The notes below the pieces were generated by a model, which saw nothing but the letters and a program-made list of their open reading frames with translations, made no database searches and was not told where the DNA came from. This document shows positions 54,551 to 64,000 of a stretch of DNA of 64,000 nt, piece after piece; the stretch's first letter is position 1; the number at the start of each line of letters is the position of its first letter. Position numbers and translations under genes: made by a program. The stretch is from assembly GCF_009914755.1 (NCBI RefSeq), contig NC_060946.1; one strand, written 5' to 3'. This DNA is from the human T2T-CHM13v2.0 reference genome, Homo sapiens.

Positions 54551-57500
54551 TGACCTCACATAGGATTCCAGAACACTGCTGGGTTCAGAGTATTTGTCCC
54601 TCACATAGGATTCCAGAACTGTTTTGTAATCCATTGTAATGGATAAAAATTCAGACCCTCGTAGCAGTGTTCTGGAATCCTATGTGAGGGACAAAAACTG
54701 AGAATCCAGCAGCATCCTGGAATCCTGTGTGAGTGACAAACATTCAGAGATTCGTAGCAGTGTTCTGGAATTCTATGTGAGGGACAAACACTCAGAACCC
54801 AGCAGCAGTGTTCTGGAATCCAATGTGAGGGACAAACATTCAGAACCCAGCAGCAGTTTTCCGGAATCCCATGAGAGGGACAAATATTCAGAACCCAGCA
54901 GCAGTGTTCTGGAATAGTATATTAGGGACAAACACTCAGAACCCAGGAGCAGTGTTCTAGAATCCTTTGTGAGGGACAAACATTCACACTCTTGAAGCAG
55001 TGTTCTGGAATCCTAAGTGAGGGACAAACACTCAGAACCCAGCAGCAGGGTCCTGGAATCCTTTGTGATGCGCAAACATTCAAACCCTTGTAGCAGTGCA
55101 CTGGAATCCTATGTGAGGGACAACCACTCAGAACCCAGGAGAAGTGTTCTGGAATCCTCTGTGAGGGAGAAACACTCAGAACAGAGCAGCAGTGTTCTGG
55201 AACCTTATGTGAGGGACAAACATTGAGAACCCAGCAGCAGTGTGATGGAATCTTATGTGATAGACAAACACTCAGAACCCATCCACTATCTTCTGGAATC
55301 CTATGTGAGGGACAAACTTTCAGACACTCATAGAAGTGTTCTGAAATCCTATGTGAGGGACAAACACTAAGCAACCAAGAGTAGTGCTCTGAAATCCTTT
55401 GTAAAGGACAAACAAACAGAACCCAGTAGCAGGGTTCCGGACTCCTTTCTGAAGGAAAAACATTCAGACCCTTGTAGCAGTGTTCTGGAATCCTATTTAA
55501 GGGACAGACACTCAGAACCCAGCAGCAGTGTTCTGGAATCCTATGTGAGGGACAAACACTCAGAACCTGGCAGCAGTGCTTTGGAATCCTGTGCGATCGC
55601 CAAAGATCCAGAACTTCATAGAAGTGTTCTGGAATCCTATGTGAGGGACAAACACTCAGAAACCAGCAGCAGTGCTCTGGAATCCTATTTGAGGGACAAA
55701 CATACAGAAGCCAGCAGCAGTGTTTTGGAATCCTATGTGAGGGACAAACATTCAGAAACTCCTAGCTGTGTTCTGGAATCATCTGTGAGTGGCAAACACT
55801 CAGAACCCAGCAGCAGTTTTCTGGATTCCTATATGAGTGACAAACACTCAGAAGTCAGCATCAGTGCTCTAGAATACTTTGTAGGGGACAAACATTGAGA
55901 CACATGAAGCAGTGTTCTGGAATCCTATGTGAGGGACAAACACTCAGAACCCAGCAGCAGTGTTCTGGAATCCTTTGTGATGGACAAACATTCAGACCCT
56001 CGTAGCAATGTTCTGGAATCCTATGTGAGAGACAAACACTCAAAACTAAGCAGCAGTGTTCTGGAATACTATGAGAGGAGCAAACACTCAGAATGCGGCA
56101 GCAGTGTTCGGGAATCCCATGTGAGGGACAAACACGCAGAACCCGGCAGCTGTGTTCTGGATTTGTATGTGACGGAAAAACACTCAGAACCCAGCCACTG
56201 TGTTCTGGAATCCTATCTGAGTGACAAATATTCAGACACCCATAGAAGTGTTCTGGAATCCTATGTGAGGGACAAACACCCAGAAAGCAGCAGTGGTGCT
56301 CTGGAATCCTTTGTGAGGGAAAACCATTCAGACGAACGTAGCAGTGTTCTGTAATGCTATGTGAGGGACAAACCCTCTGAACCCAGCAGCAGTGTTCGGG
56401 AATCCCATGTGAGGGACAAATACTCAGAACCCAGCAGCAGTGTTCTAGAATCCTTTTTAAGTGACAAACATTCAGAACTTCGTAGAAGTGTTCCAGAATA
56501 CTACGTGAGGGACAAACACTCAGAACCCAGCCACTGTGTTCTGAAATCCTATCTGAGGGTCAAACATTCAGAAACCCATAGAAGTGTTCTGGAATCCTAT
56601 GTGAGGGACAGACACTCAGAAACTAGCAGCAGTGCTCTGGAATCCTTTGTGAGGGACAAACAAGAAGAATGAAGCAGCAGTGTTCTGGAGTCCTATGTTA
56701 GGGACAAACATTGAGAAACCATCAGCAGTATTCTGGAATCCTTTGTGAGGAACAAACATTCAGAACTTCGTAGAAGTGTTCTGAAATCCTATGTGTGGGA
56801 CAAACACTTAGAAACCAGCAGTGGCGTTCTGGAATCCTTTGTGAGGGACAAACAAACAGAATCCAGCAGCAGTAATCTGGAATCTTTTGTGACGGAAAAA
56901 CATTCTGACCCTCGTAGCAGTGTTCTGGAATCCTGTGTGTGGAATAAACACTCTGAACCCAGCAGCAGTGTTCTGGAATCCTATGTGAGAGACAAACACT
57001 CAGAACTCAGCAGCAGTGTTCTAGAATCCTGTGTGAGCGACAAAGATGCAGAACTTCGTAGCAGTGTTCTGGAGTCCCATGTGAGGGACAAACAATCAGA
57101 ACCCAGCATCAGTGTTCTGGAATCCTATGTGAGGGACAAACACTCAGAAACCACCAGCAGTGTTTTTGAATCCTATGTGAGAGAAAAACTCTCAGAACCC
57201 AGCAGCAGCGTTCTGGAATCCTTGGTGAGGGAAAAACATTCAGAACCTCGTAGCAGTGTTCTGGAATCGTAAGTGAGGCACAAACTCTCAGAACCCAGCA
57301 GAAGTGTTCTGAATCCCATGTGACTGACAAACAGAAACCAGCAGCAGTGTTCTAGAATCCTTTGTGAGGCACAAACATTGAGACCCTCGAAGCACAGTTC
57401 TGGAATCCTATGTGAGGGACCAACACTCAGATACCCAGCAACAGTGCTCTGGAATCCTTTGTGATGGACAAACATTCAGACCCTCGTGCCAGTTTTCTGG

Positions 57501-60500
57501 AATCCTATGTGACGGACCAACACTCAGAACCCAGCAGCAGTGTTCTGGAATCCAATGTGAGGGACAAACACTCAGAACCCAGCAGCAGTGTTCTGGAATC
57601 TTATGTGAGGGAAAAACACTCAGAACCCAGCAGCAGTGTTCTGGAATCCTATGTAAGGGGCAAACACTCAGAACCCAGCAGCAGTGTTCTAGAGTCCTTT
57701 TTGAGGGACAAACACTAAGAACCCAGTAGCGGTGTTCTGGAATCATTTGTGACAGACAAACATTCAGACCGTCGTAGCAGTGTTCTGGTATCTTACGTGA
57801 GGGACATATACTCAGAACACAGCAGCAGTGTTCTGGAATCCTATGTGAGAGACAAATACACAGAACCCAGCAGCAGTCTTGTGGAATCCTATGTGAGGAA
57901 CAAACACTCAGAAAAACGCAGTAGTGTTCTGCAATCCTATGAGAGCGACAAACACTCAGAAACCAGCCACTGTGTTCTGGAATCCTTTCTGAGGGACAAA
58001 CATTCAGACACTCATAGAAGTGTTCTGGAATCCTATGTGAGGGACAAACTCTCAGAAACCAGGAGCAGTTCTCTGGAATCCTTTGTGAGTTACAAACAAA
58101 CAGAACCCAGTAGCAGTGTTCTGGAAGCCTTTCTGACAGAAAAACATACAGATCCTTGTAGCACTGTTCTGGAATCCTATGTGAGGGACAAACCCTCAGA
58201 ACCCAGCAGCCGTGTTCTGGAATCCTTTTTGCGGGACAAACATTCAGAATCTCGTATCTGTGTTCTGGATTCCTATGTGAGGGTGAAACACTCTGAACCC
58301 AGCAGACGTGTTCAGGAATCCCATGTGATGGACAGACATTCAGATCCTGGTAACAGTGTTATGGAATCCTTATGTGAGGGACAAACACTCAGAACCCAAC
58401 AGCAGTGTTCTGGAATCCTATGTGAGGGACAAACATTGAGAACCCAGCAACAGTGTTCTGGAATCCTATGTGAGGGAAATACACTCAGCTCCCAACAGCA
58501 GTGTTCTGGATACTTTTGTGAGGGACTAACTTTCAGACCCTCTTAGCAGGATTCTCTAATCCTATGTGAGGGAGAAACACTCGGAACCCAGCAGGTGTGT
58601 TCTGGAATCCCATGTGAGGGACAGACATTCAGACCAACACACAATGTTCTGGAATCCTATGTGAGGGACAAGCACTCAGAACCCAGCAGCAGTGCTCTGC
58701 AATCCTTTGTGAGGGACAAACATTGAGACCCTTGTAGCAGTGTTCTGGAAACCTATGTGAGGAACAAACATTCAGACCCTCATAGCAGTGTTCTGGAATC
58801 CTATGTGAGGGTAACACTCTCAGAACCCAACGGCAGCGTTTTGGAAACATTTTGAGGGTCAAATATTAAGACCCTTATGGTAGTGTCCTGAAATCCTATG
58901 TGAGGGACAAACATTCAGACACTCGTAGGAGTGTACTGGAATCCTAAGTCAGGGACAAACACTCAGTACCCGGCAGCAGTGATATGGAATCGTATGTGAA
59001 GTACAAAGACACAGAACCCAGCAGCAGTGTTCTGGAATCCTATCTGGGCGACAAACATTCAGAACTTCCTAGCAGTGTCCTGGAATCCTTTGTGAGGAAA
59101 AAACATTCAGAGCCTCATAACAGTGTTCTGGAATCCTATGTGAGGCACAAACACACAGAACCCAGCAGCAGTGTTCTGGAATCCTATGTGAGGGACAAAC
59201 ACTCAGAACCCAGTAGCAGTGTTCTGGAATACTATGTGAGGGATAAACATTCAGACACTCGTAGCAGTGTTCTGGAATCCTATGTCAGGGTCAAACCCTA
59301 AGAATCCACCAGTATTGTTCTGGAATCCTTTGTGAGGGACAAATATTCTGACCCTCATAGCAGTGTTCTGGAATCCTATGTGAGGGAAATACTTTTAGAC
59401 CCTCATAGCAGTGCTCTGGAATCCTATGTGAGGGACAAACACACAGAAGCCAGCAGTGGTGTTCTGGAATCCTATGTAAGGGACAAACATGCAGAACCCA
59501 GCAGCTATGTTGTGGAAACCTATGTGAGGGACAAACACCCAAAACCCAGCAGCAGATTTCTGGAATCTGTGAAGGACAAACATTCAGACCGTCGTAGCAG
59601 GGTTCTGGAATCCTATGTGAGGGACAAACATTCAGAACCCAGCAGCAGTGTGCTGGAATCCTATGTGAGGGACAAACCTTCATACCCTCACTGCAGTGTT
59701 CTGGAATCGTATGTGGGGAACAAACACTCAGAACCCAGCAGTAGTATTCTGGAATCCTTTTTGAGGGACAAATATTCAGACCCTCGTAGCAATGTTCTGG
59801 AATCCTATGTGAGGGTCAAACACTCAGAAACCAGAAGCAGTGTTCTGGAAACCTTTGTGAGGGACAAATATTCAGTCCCTCATAGCAGTGTTCTAGAATC
59901 CTATGCAAGTGACAAATATTCATATCCTCGTAGCAGTGTTCTGTAACCCTATGTGAAGGACAAACACTCAGTACACAGCAACAGTTTTCTGGAATCCTAT
60001 GTAAAGGACAAAGACTCAGAACCGAACTGCCGTGTTCCGGAATCCTATAGGAGAGTCAAACACTCAGAACCCAGCAGCAGTGCTCAGGAATCCCATGTGA
60101 CAGACAGATATTCAGACCCTCGTAACAGTGTTCTGGAATCCTAAGTGAGGGATAAATACTCAGAAAACAACAGCAGTGCTCTGGAATCCTGTGTGAGGGA
60201 CAAACATTCAGAGCATCGTAGCAATATTCTGGACTCCTATGTGAGGGACGACCACACAGAACCCAGCAGCAGTGTTGTGGAATCCTATGTGAGGGCCAAA
60301 CACTCAGAACCCAGAAGAAGTGTTCAGGAATCCTATATAAGGCACAAACACTCAGAAAACAGTAGCCATGTTCTGGAATCCTATGTGAGAGACAAACACT
60401 CAGAACCCAGCAGCAAGGTTCCAGAAACCTTTGTGAGGGAAAAATATTAAGACCCTTGTAGTAGTGTCCTGGAATTCTAAGTGAGAGACAAACATTCAGA

Positions 60501-63500
60501 TCCTCGTAGCAGTGTTCTGGAATGCTATGTGAAGGACAAACACTCAGAGCCCAGCAACAGTGTTCTGGAATTCTATGTGATGGACAAACACTCAGAAACC
60601 AGCAGCAGTGTTCAGGAATCCTAAGTGAGGGACAAAAACTCAGAAAGCAGCAGCAGTGTTCTGGAACTCTATGTGAGGGACAAATATTCAGACCCTCATA
60701 TCAATGTACTGGAATCCTGTGTGTGGGTCAAACACTCAGACCCAGCAACAGTGTTCTGGAAACCTTCTGAGGGACAAAGAATCAGACACTTGTAGCAATG
60801 TTCTGGAATCCTAAGTGAGCGAGGAATCTTCAAACCTCGTAGCAGTGTTCTGTAATCCTATGTGAGGGACAAACACTCAGAACCCAGCAGCAGTGTTCTG
60901 GAATCTTAAGTGAAGGACAAACATTCAGATCCTCGTAGCAGTGTTCTGGAATCCTGTGTGAGGGTAAAACCCTCAGAGCCTAGCAGTAGTGTTCTGGAAA
61001 CCAGTGTGAGGGACAAATATTAAGAACCTCATAGTATTGTTCTGGAATTCTATGTGAGGGGCAGACATTCAGAACCTCGTAGCAGTGTTCTGGAATCGTA
61101 TGTGAGGGACGAATACTCAGAACCCAGCAGCAGTGTTCTGGAATCCTTTGTGAGGGAGAAATACTCAAACCCAGCAGCAGTGTTCTGGAATCCTATGTGA
61201 GGGACAAACACTCAGAACCCAGCAGTAGTATTCTGGAATCCTTTGTGAGGGCCAGACATTCAGAATCTCGTAGCTGTGTTCTGGATTCCTATGTGAGGGA
61301 CAAACACTCAGAACCCAGCAGCAGTGTTCTAGAATCCTACTTGAGTTACTAACACTCAGACCAAAGCAGTAGTGTTCAGGAAATCCATGTGACGGACTGA
61401 TATTCAGACCCTCGTGGCTGTGTTTTGGAATCCCATGTGAGGGACAAACACAGAGAACACAGCACTAGTGTTCTGCAATCCTATGTGAGTGACAAACACT
61501 CAGAACCCAGCAGCAGTGTTCTGGAATCCGATGTAAGGGACAAACAATCAGACACTCGTAGCACTGTCCTGGAATTCTTTGTGAGGTTCAAAGACTAAGA
61601 ACACAGCAAGAGAGTTCTGGAAACCTTTGTAAAGGACAAACATTCAGACCCTCTTTGTCGTGTTCTGGAATCGTATGTGAGGGTAAAACATTCAGAAACC
61701 AGCAGCAGTGCTCTGGAAACGTTTGTGAGGTACAAATATAAAGACCCTCATAGTACTGTTCTGGAATCCTATGTGACGGACAAACACTCAGAACCCTACA
61801 GCAATGTTATGGAATCCTATGTGAGGGGCAAACACTCAGAAGCCAGCAGCAGTGTTCTGGAATCCTTTGTGACGGACAAACTTTCAGATCCTTTTAGCAG
61901 TGTTCCGGAATCCTATGTGAGGGGCAAACACTCAGAAACCAGCAGCAGTGTTCTGGATTCCTTTGTGACGGACAAACTTTCAGATCCTTGTAGCAGTGTT
62001 CCAGAATCCTGTGTGATGGACAAACACAGAAACCAGCAGAAGTGTTCTGGAATCTAATGTGAGGGACAAACACTCAAAACCCAACAGCAGTGTTCTGGTA
62101 TCCCATGTGAGGGACAAACATTCAGAGCTTCGTAGTTGTGTTCTGGAAACCTATGTGAGGGACAAACACTTAGAACCCAGCAGCAGTGTTCTGGAATCCT
62201 ATGTGAGGGAGAGACATTCAGCCCCTCGTAGCAGTGTTCTGGAATCGTATGTGAGAGACAAACACTAAGAACCCTGCAGCACTGTTCTGGAATCCTTTGT
62301 GAGGGACAAACATTCAGACCCTTGTTGCAGTGTTCTGGAATCCTAACTGAGGGACAAACACTCAGAACCCAGCAGCGGTGTTCTGTAATCCTATATGAGG
62401 GAAAAACATTCAGAACTCAGCAGCAATGATCTGGAATCCTCTCTGAGGGACATTCAGACCCTCGTAACAGTGTTCTGGAACCTTATGTGAAGGACAAACA
62501 TTCAGAAACACACAGCAGTGCTCTGGAATCCTTTGTGAAGGACAAACCCTCCGAGTCCAGCTGCAATGTTCCAGAATTTTTGTGAGGGATAAACATTCAG
62601 AACCTCGTAGCAGTGTTCTGTAATCCTATGTGAGGGACAAACACTCAGAACCCAGCAGCAGTGTTCTGGAATCCTACGTTAGGTACAAAAACTGAGAACG
62701 CAGCAGCAGTGTTCTGGAATCCTATGTCAGGGCAGATATTCAGACCCTCGTATCCGTGTTCTCGAATCCTATGTGAGGGACAAACTGTCAGAATCCAGCA
62801 GCGGTATTCTGGAATTCTTTGTGAGGGACAAACACTCTGAATCCTGCAGCAGTGTTCTGGAATCCTACGCGAGGGGCAAATATTCATGACCTCGTAGCAG
62901 TGTTCTGGAATCCTATGAGATGGTTAAACTCTCAGAACCCAGCAGCAGTGTTGTGGAAAGCTTTGTGAAGGACAAACATTCAGAATTTCTTAGCAGTGTT
63001 CTGTAGTCCTATGTGAGGGACAAACATTTAGACCCTCGTTGCTGTGTTCTGGAATCCTACGTGAGGGACAGACATTCAGACCCTCGCAGCAGTGTTCTGC
63101 AATCCTATGTGAGGGACAAGCACTCAGAACCCAGCAGTGTTCCAGAATCCTATGTGAGGGACACAGTTTTACAACCTCATAGCTGTGTTCTGGAATCCTA
63201 TGTGAGGGTCAAACACTCAGTACCTAGCAACAGTGTTCTGCAAACCTTTCTGAGGGACAGACATTCAGAACCACCTAGCAGTTTTCTGGAATCCTGTGTG
63301 AAGGACAAACACACAGAACCCACCAGCAGTGTTCTGGAATCCTAAGTGTGGGACAGACACTTAGAACCCAGAAGCCATGTTCTGGAATCCAAAGTGAGGG
63401 ACAAACACTCTGAACCCAGCAGCAGTGTTCCATAATTTTTTGTGAGGGACAGACATTCAGACCATTGTAGCAGTGTTCTGGAATTCTATGTGAGGGATAG

Positions 63501-64000
63501 ACACTCAGAAACCAGCAGCACTGATCTGGAATTCTTCGTGAGGGACAATCATTCACACCAGTTTAGCAGTGTTCCTGAATCGTACATAAAGGAGAAACAT
63601 TCAGACCCTCGTAGCAATGTTCTGGAGTCTTATGTGAGGGACAAACTTTCAAACCTTCGTAGCAGTGTCCCGGAATCCTATGTGAGGGACAAACACTCAG
63701 AACCCAGCAGCAGTGTTCTGGAATACTATGTGACGGACAAACAATCAGAACCCAGAAACAGTGTTCTGGAATGCTATGTAAGGGACAAACATTCAGACCC
63801 TCGAAGCAGTGTACTAGAATCATATTTGAGGGACAAACACTCAGAACCCAGCAGCAGTGTTCTGCAATCTATTGTGAGGCACAAATATTCAGACCCTCAT
63901 AGCAGTGTCCTAGAATCCTATCTGAGGGAAAAACATTCAGACCCTCATAGCAGTGTTCTGGAATCCTATGTGAGGGTCAAACACACAGATCCCAGCAGCA
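54551..64000. repeat. CER (D22Z3-type) 48-bp pericentromeric satellite array, ~195 monomers, continuing past the window end
   Basis: Consensus gaatcctatgtgagggacaaacactcagaacccagcagcagtgttctg (48 bp) with a variant monomer ...cattcagaccctcgtagcag...; 54551-54619 is in the opposite orientation. Confidence 0.93.

Noticed and set aside
54551-64000. CRISPR-like array or repetitive protein gene
   Set aside because: Units are contiguous diverged 48-mers with no unique spacers and no cas genes, in a primate context. This is CER satellite.
54620-64000. Heat-shock element array (TTCtgGAA in each monomer)
   Set aside because: Only two inverted nGAAn units per monomer; the third is absent, so this is not a canonical HSE.

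Overview
Primate (very likely human) pericentromeric segmental-duplication DNA, AT-rich and repeat-dense, with no intact protein-coding gene. From left to right: (1) one decayed coiled-coil exon of the ANKRD26/ANKRD30/ANKRD20A family (+, 247-423); (2) a nest of L1, L2 and Alu elements (0.5-8.1 kb); (3) largely unique AT-rich sequence with a THE1 MaLR, a MER11 solo LTR, a MER30 and several minus-strand exon-like segments (8.1-26.5 kb); (4) an unprocessed ZNF91-subfamily KRAB-C2H2 pseudogene on the minus strand (KRAB-A 46097-46223, KRAB-B 45507-45581, finger exon ~27950-30865 with ~23 readable fingers), with no exon 1 or promoter visible; (5) an abrupt junction at ~54550 into a 48-bp CER satellite array that runs to the window end. 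From memory, this arrangement resembles the ANKRD30BP2-ZNF355P (21q11) and ZNF962P (13q11) paralogous blocks; this is not verified. Most ORFs in the supplied track are Alu, L1 or satellite artefacts. I found no convincing new biological system. The best second-look items are rearrangement scars (fold-backs, a templated insertion, an inverted satellite junction), higher-order structure in the zinc-finger and CER arrays, and a possible relic multi-exon transcript.
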